Positions 1 through 12,100 of a DNA stretch of 64,000 bases are shown here, in pieces. Origin of the DNA: Eledone cirrhosa (lineage: Eukaryota); assembly GCA_964016885.1 (NCBI GenBank), contig OZ024741.1, forward strand, positions 15,190,001 to 15,254,000, in the 5' to 3' direction. Each line of letters starts with the position of its first letter. Positions within the stretch are counted from its first letter, which is position 1. Position numbers and translations under genes: made by a program. The notes below the pieces were generated by a model that made no database searches, was not told the origin of the DNA, and was given only the letters and a program-made list of their open reading frames with translations.

Positions 1-312
1 GCTAGGGGTTTAGATTAAAATAGATAAATAAAGAAAGAAGTGAAAATGTCTTCCATCTGTTTTATTTGATCCCTGTTGCAGTTAACAAATAGGGGTAGGG
101 AGAAATACGAAAGAAAGGAACAAAGAAAGACAGAAAGCCAGGGTTTAAGAAATAAAAGCCTAAAACAAATTATGTATCTGCTTTTCTAAAAGGTAGGGGT
201 GGGTTTCCTAGGAAAGACTCAGGTGAGATGTTGGTAGTCTAACAAGGTAATATAGTAAGAGGATTAGAGATAGGATTTATTACGGTCAAAAAGAAAAGAC
301 AGATGAGCAGGG

Positions 313-314
<2 letters not shown>

Positions 315-358
<44 letters not shown>
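315..358. repeat. (GA)n microsatellite
   Basis: Direct reading of about 22 GA units. Confidence 0.95.
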
Positions 359-360
<2 letters not shown>

Positions 361-699
361 CTATCTTAGATATATCAAGGAGAATATCACACATAATTAG
401 ATTGAGTTATATATTTATATCTATATATTTATATACAATATATTAATAAATGGAAACTATATTTAACTGTTAAGTGCTTTATATCAGTTATAAAAATGTT
501 TAAGCTTATTGAATCCCAAGAAATTAAATATAACCTCTGCATATATATTTATATCTATACCTTTATATCTATATATTTATATGAATATATTTATATCTAT
601 ATATTTATATATATATATTTATATCTATACATTTATATGTATATATTTACATCTGAATGAAGTATTTCCGTCGGAAAGGTCCAGGAAAAAAGAGTGCTC

Positions 700-2180
700 T
701 ATGTAGGCTACAAAGCTTATTAGTTATGTAATAAACAACATAAGATAATTATTTCATTTACCAGTGGTTTCTTGAAGGCAGATATTTATATCTGTCTTCA
801 GTCGTCAGAATGAATAAATAACATTGTGTTTTTATTAAAATCAACAATTTTATATTGTTGATTTTTACCCCTCTATTACGGAATCCTTATTAACTAAAGC
901 TTTAGATTTTGCTAGACTTTTTATTAATATTTCTAAATTAGAAGAAGACGTTATCGTTCATGCTAGAAAAACACTACTCTTTGCTAATGAAGGTACTTGG
1001 GTTAACAAATCAAGCCCTGAAAACTCTTTTGATGTCGTGATGGGCTCATACGATAGCGCCGATATGTGCGACTTAGTAGGATATTCCTCCTCCACACCCT
1101 TAAAGAGAATTTCCTTGCCATAATATCGGTTTATACCGAGACGATGGTTTGGCAGTTTCTCATACGACCAACGGCCATAACCTTGATAAATTCCGTAAAG
1201 ACTTAATCAATGCCTTTGCTAACCTAAACCTAAAGTTTACTATAGATACGAATCTTACTAATACTAACTTCCTTGATATCAATCTTGACCTACTTATTGC
1301 CTCTTTTAAACCTTATAAACCTAATGAAAATTTAAGAGTCTTGTCATACCCCTATAGTCTTTAAAAATCTTATTCCTAACATTAGCCGTAGGATCTCTAC
1401 CTTATCTTCGTCTATAGATATTTTTAACAAAGCTGCCCCTTATTATAATAAGGCCCTCAATAACAGCGGCTTCACCGAACAAATTAAATATTTACCTACT
1501 CCTCTTTCTAACACTAAACACAATAACAGGAAAAGAAAAATTATTTGGTTTACACCTCCCTTCTCTCTAACTGTAAAAACTAACGTAGGAAGAAAATTCC
1601 TCGACCTTCTAGACAAACATTTTCCCCCTAATTATAAATATAAGATATCCAATAGAAATGTAGTTAAAATCAGCTACTCTTGCTGCCCATCAATGAAAAC
1701 TAAAATTACCAACTCTAATGGTACTAGAATAAATCCAGGATGCATTACAGGGCAAATGTAATACTAAATCTATTGTGTATGAGGCCAAATTGACACCGAT
1801 GATTAATAACCAGCTCGCCAGAAGTGAGCGATATGTTGGCATGACAGATTTAAAACCAGCTACTATGCACATGTCGCTTCTTTTAAACACCCTGAAAAAA
1901 GAACAGCAACGGCGCTGGCAAATATAGTGTGGGAGTTTAAAGACAAAAACATTCCATACACTATTGATTGGTCTATTTTAGACCATTAAAGAGAATGTCA
2001 AAGGGGCACAAAGAAATGTTCTTTGTGTACTACGGAAAAAATCAGAATTCTCCAAAACTTGAAAACCCCTCCCACTAGTCTCAACTCTAAGACCGAGATC
2101 TTTAGATGTTGTCCGCACCTGAAATTGCATCTACTTTTTAGTTGGATTAACACACCAACGATTACTCAACCACCCTGAGC
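700..2180 (+). mobile_element. Decayed Penelope-like retroelement (RT + GIY-YIG endonuclease), 5'-truncated, frameshifted; Naiad/Neptune-like motif set
   Basis: Translation across frameshifts gives FYPSITESLL (~864), MGSYDSADMCDLVG, GLYRDDGL, NFLDINLDL, KIIWFTPPFS..VKTNVGRKFL.LLDKHFP, KISYSC, G.C..IVYEA..YVGMT, TALANIVWEFK..IDWSIL, CSLCTTEK and LNSKTEIFRCCPH. The region is colinear with the second copy at 21299-22310. Boundaries are approximate. Confidence 0.88.
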
Positions 2181-2539
2181 TTCTTCTTTACATATCACGC
2201 CTTCCACTCACCACCAGTATCATCACCTTATGAACACATACATTCTACTAATATATACATTTCATCTCTCTCATCTTTATCTATATTTTTTTCATTTGAA
2301 TTATACCCCCCCCCCCTATTTTCTACCATACCTTTAACACATACCCACCCACCACCTTTATCCTTTACCTAGATCACATTTTAACTATATACCCTTATCC
2401 AGATCTCATCACAAACACTTACTCTCTACCACAACTCTTACACCCCTTTTCTCCTCCACCTGTTCATAACATTTTTAATATTATTTGATCTCAGTTATAC
2501 TCCCCCTTGTCCTTACTTACATTATAGTTTATATGCCTA

Positions 2540-3278
<739 letters not shown>

Positions 3279-3383
3279 TCAGGTTATCAATAATGTAGTG
3301 ATAATATATCGTTACGTTAGAGATGAACAGCGTACGTGCAGGTTTGCTCAACGAGTATAAATTATATTCCGGAGAAAATGTAG

Positions 3384-3737
3384 AAAGGATGAATATAAAA
3401 TGAAAGTGCTTTTGTTAAAAAAGGAATTTATTAGGTATTGACATATGTTTCTGTAACAGACCGAATACCTATGCATCGCTGCTTGCGTAATCATATAATG
3501 TTAGCAAGTATTCGATAGCAAATGTATAATCAGTTGTCACTTCTTCAGAGATTTTGGATATATCCAAAATCTCTGAAGAAGTGACAACTGATTATACATT
3601 TGCTATCGAATACTTGCTAACATTATATGATTACGCAAGCAGCGATGCATAGGTATTCGGTCTGTTACAGAAACATATGTCAATACCTAATAAATTCCTT
3701 TTTTAACAAAAGCACTTTCATTTTATATTCATCCTTT
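3384..3737. repeat. Perfect spacer-less DNA palindrome with 177-bp arms, axis between 3560 and 3561
   Basis: Centre reads ...cagagattttggata|tatccaaaatctctg..., and the arms match outward to aaaggat (3384) / atccttt (3737). The insert (3273-3737) is flanked by (TA)n on both sides. Confidence 0.95.
3573..3681 (+). ncRNA. Hammerhead ribozyme-like motif with a very long stem II; mirror copy at 3440-3548 on the minus strand
   Basis: CTGAAGA (3573) is followed by an 88-nt hairpin (GTGACA/TGTTAC, ACTGA/TCGGT, ATAC/GTAT, ATCG/CGAT, CTTGC/GCAAG) and then GAAAC-ATAT-GTC (3670-3681) with a palindromic tetraloop. Stem I does not form with the immediate flanks. Confidence 0.6.
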
Positions 3738-3841
3738 ATATATATATATATATATATATGTATATGCATATATGTGTATATATATTTATTTTTTATATAT
3801 ATACATATATATGTGTGTGTGTTTGTATGTGTGAATAGGTG

Positions 3842-3938
<97 letters not shown>

Positions 3939-4586
3939 TATTTAATTTGTTGGAAATCCACAAATATAGATGTTTACAACTGATTCAAAGCACTCGACAG
4001 ATTTCTGGAGTAAGTATTCAATGATATTAAATAAATGGAAACTATATTTATAAAACCTTATTTATTCTATTATATATATTTCAAGAGTACCAAAAATTTT
4101 GGTTTCGCTATCATCAGATAAAATACAAAATGTTTTATACATATTTGACATGACCAAGGATGATATACCTTAATGGTTCAAGTTATTCCTGGAAAGTGAA
4201 AGGAAGAGAGGAGAAAAGTCAGATATTTAAAATTATTAATATGATTATGCAAATGAAGTGTATATTAGAGGGCTGAAAAATACGTTATTTTAGACGCTAT
4301 GGAAAATTTAAATATTTATGATAAGGAAGGAAGAGAAAGAGAAAAAAATAACGTTAATTTGGGGGAAAAGATTTTTGTTACCTATATTATAAAATTATAT
4401 GAAGAATTATGGTTGTAAGTATTTTTATCTTATTACATTAGGATAGATTATATGTATATAAATATCTCTATATATATATTAAGTTGCGTATGCATTGATT
4501 GTTTATATAAACAAATATGGGTTACAAAGGATGTTGAAAATTTTATTTTCAAGTTGTGAGATTAGAATAATTTGTGGATTCAAAAA

Positions 4587-4600
4587 TACTACTACTACTA

Positions 4601-4657
<57 letters not shown>

Positions 4658-4700
4658 TCAATACTACCCCTACTAATATCAATACTACCCCTACTACTAC
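4587..4700. repeat. (ACT)n trinucleotide repeat
   Basis: Direct reading. Confidence 0.9.
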
Positions 4701-4819
4701 AACAGCAGTAGCAACGACATCAACAACACCAACAAAAATGACAAATTGAAACTATCATTCATTCCAGACAACACAAACCATATGTTAATATGGCCGACTA
4801 TTATTATTACATTGTCAAT

Positions 4820-5774
4820 ATCGATAGAGGGTCGGACGTCATGTTAGGGTGGTGGATTGGCAGTATCGGTAGAGGGAAGGACACCATGCTAGGGTGGTGG
4901 ATTGGCAGTATCGGTAGAGGGTCGGACGCCATGTTAGGGTGGTGGATTGGCAGTATCGGTAGAGGGTCGGACGTCATGTTAGGGTGGTGGATTGGCAGTA
5001 TCGGTAGAGGGAAGGACACCATGCTAGGGTGGTGAATTGGCAGTATCGGTAGAGGGTCGGACGCCATGTTAGGGTGGTGGATTGGCAGTATCGGTAGAGG
5101 GTCGGACGCCATGCTAGGGTGGTGGATTGGCAGTGTAGGTAGAGGGTCTGACGCCATGTTAGGGTGGTGGATTGGCAGTATCGGTGGAGGGTCTGACGCC
5201 ATGTTAAGGTGGTGGATTGGCAGTATCGGTAGAGGGTTGGACACCATGCTAGGGTGGTGGATTGGCAGTATCGGTAGAGGGTCGGACACCAAGTTAGGGT
5301 GGTGGATTGGCAGTGTAGGTAGAGGGTCGGACGCCATGCTAGGGTGGTGGATTGGCAGTATCGGTAGAGGGTCGGACGCCATGCTAGGGTGGTGGATTGG
5401 CAGTATCGGTAGAGGGTCGGACGCCATGCTAGGGTGGTGGATTGGCAGTATCGGTGGAGGGTCGGACACCATGTTAGGGCGGTGGATTTGCAGTATCGGT
5501 AGAGGGTCGGACGCCATGTTAGGGTGGTGGATTGGCAGTATCGGTGGAGGGTCTGACGTCATGTTAGGGTGGTGGATTGGCAGTATCGGTAGAGGGTCCG
5601 ACGCCATGTTAGGGCGGTGGATTGGCAGTATCGGTGGAGGGTCTGACGTCATGTTAGGGCGGTGGATTGGCAGTATCGGTAGAGGGTCGGACGCCATGTT
5701 AGGGCGGTGGATTGGCAGTATCGGTAGAGGGTCGGACGCCATGTTAGGGCGGTGGATTGGCAGTATCGGTAGAG
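4820..5774. repeat. 45-bp G-rich minisatellite, about 21 copies, consensus ATCGGTAGAGGGTCGGACGCCATGTTAGGGTGGTGGATTGGCAGT
   Basis: Exact 45-bp period from 4820 to 5765 with no indels. Units 1-3 are repeated as units 4-6 (135-bp duplication). Confidence 0.97.
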
Positions 5775-6158
5775 CTAATTCCTTTCCTTCATTCACAGTT
5801 ATTCTCATATCATTCATTTATTCATTATTTCCTTCATTTACATTAATATGTCATTCATTCTTCTCTCTTTCTTTCATTTCACATTTCCTTGCCATTTCTT
5901 TCTTTCTCCCTCCACCATCACCTCCTCCACTATCTCCCATTACACATTGAACTGACTTTCTTTCCTTCTCTCATTCTTTCGCCCCCCATTAACCTCCTCC
6001 GCCCTCTCCCATTACACACGGAACAGACTTCTACATATTTATATAACTATTTAAACATACTCAGCATAATCTACATTGAAATTAGGTGTGAAATAATTTG
6101 GCAAACACCCACTACACACCACACATATACATACATATATACATACATGCACACATAT

Positions 6159-6209
<51 letters not shown>

Positions 6210-6212
<3 letters not shown>

Positions 6213-6412
6213 TTATTAAAATAACAGATTAAAGTTTAAGCAAAGAATCGCTGCTTTCACCCTTAACGGTTAGGGTGAAAGCAACGATTCTTTGCTTAAA
6301 CTTTAATCTGTTATTTTAATAAATATTTGCTCTACGGTTGTTATATATTTGATATATATTTATCCTTATCGAGCCCTCTTTGGATTTTAGTCTTCAAATT
6401 TATTATTATTAC
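6210..6412. mobile_element. Short element in (TA)n: 54-bp inverted repeat (6210-6263 / 6272-6325) plus tail; probable Penelope pLTR/HHR remnant
   Basis: The arms differ at one position and have an 8-nt spacer. Both the arm and the tail (6360-6412) recur at 22542-22660. Confidence 0.65.
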
Positions 6413-6493
6413 TATATATATATATATATATATATATATGAGTGTGTGTGTGTGTGTATGTGTATGTGTGCGTGTGTGTATGTGTGTGTGTAT

Positions 6494-6565
<72 letters not shown>

Positions 6566-6914
6566 CATACGTAAAGTTTACTTTACCTCAATATGTAAAT
6601 ATTCTGCTGTAGGTAATGTACAGTCTTTGCCGAACCGACGGGATCTCAGTTTGACTAGTTTCAGTTGCTTATTGCTGGCTCATCCGTTGTATTGACATAT
6701 TTATGCAGAGCAAAAGCAGCTTACAACTACTTAAGTAAAATAGTTTGTGTAAGAACCATTGGTTTTGACTTTTTAAAAACAGAGACATTTAAATCATTCC
6801 ATAAATTAGCTTCATTGAACTTGCTCTTATGGTCATAATTGTTTATTATTTTATCGAAGTGAGGAAACAATATCGAGAAAGATGGAATTTGAACACAGAA
6901 AGCAAATATCAATA

Positions 6915-7080
6915 AATAATAATAATTGTTTCTACTTTTGGCACAAGGCCAGCAATTATCCAATGTATTACTGGTACTTTATTTTATCGACCCCGTAAGG
7001 ATGAAAGGCACAGTTAACCTCGGCGGGATTTGAACTCTGAACATAAAGGGCCGCAACTCTTTGCTGCAAAGCATGGTGTC
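6915..7080 (-). mobile_element. tRNA-derived SINE fragment (resembles the octopus OK-type SINE)
   Basis: Minus-strand B-box GAGTTCAAATCC, body gccgaggttaactgtgcctttcatccttacggggtcgataaaataaagtaccag and a (TTA)n tail. The family name is from memory. Confidence 0.7.
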
Positions 7081-7095
7081 TGAAAATAATAACAA

Positions 7096-7397
7096 CTAGC
7101 TGGACCCGTGAAAAAATTCACGGATATTTTTTTTAATTTAAATATTGTCCAATGAATATTTATCAGTTAATCAAAGTTGTTTGATTTGCAGTATTTTGGT
7201 AAATAAACAATTATATTTTCCTTTATTTTATGTATAATAATGTAAGTTTATTTAAAATTAATTTCATAAAAGTACACATAATAAACATCGTTTAAAGCAC
7301 TTCCCTATATACAATGTTTCTAGTAAAGGTAATTCCCCTTGCGTGACACACACGGTCGGACGTACAGTACGTAGGTACAAGCGTATTAATATATAGA
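7096..7397 (-). mobile_element. Non-autonomous Helitron, 302 bp, with both termini intact
   Basis: The minus strand begins A|TCTATATATTAATA and ends CCGTGAAttttTTCACGG-gtccag-CTAG|T. This gives the 5' TC, subterminal hairpin (7106-7123), 3' CTAG and A|T insertion site with no TSD. Confidence 0.85.
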
Positions 7398-7597
7398 TAA
7401 TTCTTTCTACTTTAGCCAAACATTAGTTAAACGTACGTAATAATATTCTCATCAGCATCCGATTACTCTATTTGTGTCAGAGAGTTTACAGTGGAACTTA
7501 TAAAAATCTTAGAGATCTGTAGACCTATACAGAAGCTATAAAATATGAAATTTCTCTCTAAATTTTTCTCTCCCTCTCTCTCACTGTCTATCAGTCA

Positions 7598-7660
<63 letters not shown>
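7598..7660. repeat. (ATCT)n microsatellite; further tracts at 8199-8217 and 9055-9149
   Basis: Direct reading. The tracts separate three consecutive LINE copies. Confidence 0.95.
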
Positions 7661-7662
7661 AG

Positions 7663-8198
7663 CAGTTGACTGCCGAGTCCATACTAAGGATCAAACCGCC
7701 AGACTCTTTCAAAAACGAAAGAGAGGCGGTTTTCCTCTGTACGGTGGCTATGGTGAAAGAAGTTATATGGTGGACGAGGTTGAGAGGACTGAGGACAGAT
7801 GCCTTTCTCTCCGGACAACAATTGATTCCATTCTTTAAGTATCACTTTAGAAGGAGAATCAGGGTGGAGAGAGAGGCACTGCACCCCAGTAAATTTACTG
7901 AAAGGTGGGTGAATGAAGCGAAAATGGCCCGAGTGATTGGGCCTTCTCTGTTTATAAGCCTGTAGGTTGAGGAAGAGAGCAAAAGGAAGAAAGGAGCACT
8001 TGCACAACACGCTCCTTGAGTTGAGGGTTGTTCTATCGACGGGGTATTAAACAACCCATTTGTGGCGCCTCCCCCCTATTGGGGATTTCGATTGTTGAAA
8101 TTGTTTGTTTTTATATTTTTTACACGACTGTATGTAAAATCCCCGGCATGTCTTTGTATTGTCCCCTTTCTTGTTGCGCCCTTGTGGCTAATAAAGAA
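7663..8198 (+). mobile_element. L1/Tx1-clade LINE, short 5'-truncated copy A
   Basis: Near-identical to 12918-13400 (TAESI.RIKPP.SFKNEREAVFLC..VKEVIWWTR), followed by a 3' UTR and AATAAA at 8190. Confidence 0.9.
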
Positions 8199-8217
8199 AT
8201 CTATCTATCTATCTATC

Positions 8218-9054
8218 AGCAAGTGCGACGACGCGCTCGGAGAAACTCTAGGCGTAGAGGAGGACGAACTGGCCAGTCTGTTCGGTAGGACCTTCCGCCC
8301 GGGACCAATGGACAACTTCCAAAAGTCCCTGGCCTGGCAGTACTACCGAGGAGCTCAACCAGTTCGAGACAAGCTCTACAGACACGGGCGCCCGGGCAGG
8401 GATCCTTCGAAAAAGATCTGTCCGAGATGCGTGCCCGACAAGGAAAGCGCCGCACACGCATTTGTACACTACCCGGGCGTTACCGACCTGTGGGGCTATG
8501 TAGAACGACTATTATCGCGGGTGGGACCAATCCGGTTGACCACCGAGTCCATTGTCATGATCAAACCGCCACCCTCCTTCAAAAACGAGGGAAAGGCGGT
8601 TTTCCTATGTGTTTTGGCTATGATGAAAGAGGTTATATGGTGGACGAGGTTAAAAGGGTTGAGGTCAGACACCTTTCTCTCCGGCGAGCAACTGATTCGT
8701 TTTTTCAAATATAATTTTGGAAGAAGAATCAGGATGGAGAGAGAGGTGCTGTACCCCAGCAAATTTTATAAAAGGTGGGTGAATGTCCGAGTGGTTGGGC
8801 CTTCTCTCTATATAAGCCTGTAAGTTGAGGAAAAAGAGGAAGAGAGGAAGGGAGTACTCACTCTTGGTGCTCCTGGAGATGAGGGTTGTACATTTTTTCG
8901 GGGTGTGTACAACCCCTGTGTAACGCCTCCCCCCTATTGGGATTTCAATTGTTATTTGTTATTTTATTAATAGTTTTATTTTCATATACCTGTATGTAAA
9001 CTCTCCATTTGTATTTGTCCCCTTCTTTTGTGCCCTTGTGGCTAATAAAAAATG
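8218..9054 (+). mobile_element. L1/Tx1-clade LINE, 5'-truncated copy B (different subfamily)
   Basis: ORF to 8823 with RGA.PVRDKL..H..CPRC..E..AHAF zinc-knuckle region and KEVIWWTR, homologous to the end of ORF 12033-13220. It ends in a 3' UTR and AATAAA. Confidence 0.9.
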
Positions 9055-9081
9055 TATCTATCTATCTATCTATCTATCTAG

Positions 9082-9113
<32 letters not shown>

Positions 9114-9149
9114 ATATATCTACCTCTCTATATATCTATCTAATCTATC

Positions 9150-12100
9150 ATCCCACTCCATCCAACACTACCACAATCACACACACAAATAGACCATCAC
9201 CACACAACATATTCCTCCCTGATGACGATTCATCGTCAGACGAGGCTACTTCTCCATCCCCAAGTGAAGATGAAGGAGAGCCTCGGAGATCAAAAAAACT
9301 AAAAAAAGAGACACCGCAAAGCCACAACAATCACCAACACGAACACACAGCCACCAACACAAACAACAAAACAAACACCACCACAATCACCCCCCCCCCA
9401 CACACACACACACAGACACACCACCACCACCAGCAAAACAAACACCAACATCACCCCAAACACAAATTCCCGCCATAAAAAGAAAACTACAAAATGATCA
9501 ACAAACCAAAACAACACAACAAAAAAAAACAATACATATACATTAACACAAACAACAAAAACCTAATGGAGGTCATCTCCCAAGACCCCAAAGTAGAAAC
9601 TGAGGGGAAAACTTTTGTCAAGGCAGGCTCTCAACCACACCTAAAACTGATAAGGGTTTCGATAGAAACCTATCAGAAATTAAAAGAACAATTTTCGCAG
9701 GACGTTGGCAACCCCTGCTAAAAACCAATACACTGTGTCCTGTTGAAATGTTTTCCCAACCCACTCAACACCCCCACCAGAACTAAAATGGAGATTGAAC
9801 AACCCAATCTCCAGGAAACGAAAAAGTAAGTGCACCTTCTCATACTTTTCGACAACTATTCTCCACCAACATGACTAATTTACGAGTTGGCAGTGTGAAT
9901 GTGCGTGGCCTAGGGATGCCCTGGAAACAGAGCCAACTTTTAAACGACCTTAGGTCACACGGTATGGATGTGATAGCCATCACCGAGTCCAGGATCCACA
10001 ATAGGCAGAAACTAACCCCCATCTTCAATGACTTTGAGATCTACGCATCTCTCTGTCAGCCAGGAGGTGGAGGGTGAGTGGCAGTCATGTTTCGGAAAAA
10101 CCTGGACCTCTAAATACAGCAAGTACACTTGGACCCGGAGGGTAGACTGGTAGTCCTGGAGGTGGAGCCTTCAGACAGGTGGCCGTTTATGCGCCGACTG
10201 GGCAATCGCGGCCAGACTTCTTTAAGCGTCTGGAGTCTTTTCTGGGAACGTCTCGCTCCTTGCTTTTAGTGTGGGATTGGAATGGTATCCTAGACGCACG
10301 ATGGGACTATGTAGCATAATGTCCCAGTAGAGGGGAGTGCAACAGCCTCAAAAGTTTAATCGGCCAATTCCAACTGGCCGATAGGTGTCGACTAGATTTC
10401 CCGACTGCACCACAGTGGACGTAAACAAACCGCAGCGGGTCATCTAGATCGTATTTAGACAGGTTCTTTATTAGAGAGAGAGACAAGAAGATGTTAAGCT
10501 GTCCACAAATGCACATGGTTGCCTATTCAGATCACAAACTAGTCATCTGCATAGTCAACTGTGATAGAATACATAGACAAGTACCCGGATACTGGAAGCT
10601 GAACGTGTCGCTATCGACACGTAAAGCCTATAGTGAACAGATAAGTAGATTAGTTAAGCAACAGTTGACGGGAGCCATCGTCAACGATAGATGGTAGTAC
10701 TCTCTCAAGAGAGCAATTAGAGTAGAGTCGATGGCTTTTAGCAAAGAACTAGCCTTAGAGAAAAACAAAACAGAAACAGAACTAATAGCCAAGGTAGAGG
10801 AGGCGCTTAGGAGTGGCAACACAGCTAGAGTGCTAGCAACGAGAACGGCACTGGACCAGTTCTTTGATGCGAAACATGAAGGCTGCGTGGTCAGAAGTAA
10901 ATCACGTGCTCTAGGAAACGAGGGAGAAAAGGCTGTAAGCTGGGCCCGAGCGGCAGAGGCAAAAAGTGGCTACAAGTCCACGATTCGGTCTTTGAAAGAC
11001 CAAAACGGACCCGTGCTACTTGACTCCAAGCGGATGTGCACGGCCTTTCAGCGGCACTTTGCGCAACTGTTCGAGCAGAGCGACGGTGCACCGAACGGGG
11101 CAATGGACTTCGGTTCATACCTCGACGGCCTGCCGCGTCTCTCGAGCATGGACGCCGAGTTCTGTGAAAGACTGATCGCAGCCACTGAGATACGGGATAT
11201 TCTGGGCCGCTGCGGGAAACGCAAATCACCCGGTCTAGATGGTCTACCCTATGAGTTTTACATAGGCATCCCGGACTTGTTCTCTGGCGTCCTCGAAGCC
11301 GTCTACTGCAACTAGCAGCAGAACGGGAGAATTCCCAGTTCTGCAGGCAAGGGCGTAGTAACGATGATCAGGAAAAACGAGAACACGGGGGACGAACTGA
11401 GAAACTTTAGGCCCATAACTCTGCTCAATACAGAGTTAAAGATTTTGGCCAAGCTGTTGGCAACGAGATTGGCGCTTGTCGTCGAGAACCTGGTAGGGAA
11501 AGCGCAAACGTGTGCAATACCGACCAGGTCCATACCCGACAACCTACACCTCATGCGATACATCATAGAGAGGGTGGGGTGTAAACCCGGCTTCGGTGGG
11601 GCTCTGATCGATTTAGATCAATCTAGGCGTTCGATGGGGTCGACCATCGATACTTGGAAGCGGTTCTCAAGAGGGCCGGATCGCTGCAATGAACACCAAC
11701 ATCTGCTCGACGGTCCAGGTGAACGACTACCTATTGGAGCCGTTCTATTTGACAGGGGTGCCCTCTCTCCTCCATTCTGTATGTATAGACTCTAGAGCCA
11801 CTACTGCGGAAATTGGAGCTGTTGCAGGGCATCCCTCTAGAACCGGGACTGCGCAAAGCGGCGTCGGCTTATGCCGACGACGTGACGGTAATGGCGTCGA
11901 GCACCTCGGAAATCGGGGTGATCGGCAACTTACTGAAAGAATACGAAACGCTGATGGGAGCAAAACTAAACCCGGACAAGTCTGTCGGTTTGCAACTCGG
12001 TACGTGGAGAGGCAAACCGATGACGTCCGACATTGCTCGGTGTCTGGTTCGGTCCAGGCCTCCAGGTGGAGAAAAACTGGAACGAGGTCACGGCCAAGGT

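Noticed and set aside
650-690. ctgaatga...ggaaa as a hammerhead upstream of the first Penelope element
   Set aside because: The core spacing is wrong, and no consistent stems I and III form.
4807-5950. 336-aa and 294-aa repeat ORFs
   Set aside because: They are translations of the 45-bp minisatellite. The plus frame has an internal TGA at 5033-5035, and there is no non-repeat domain.
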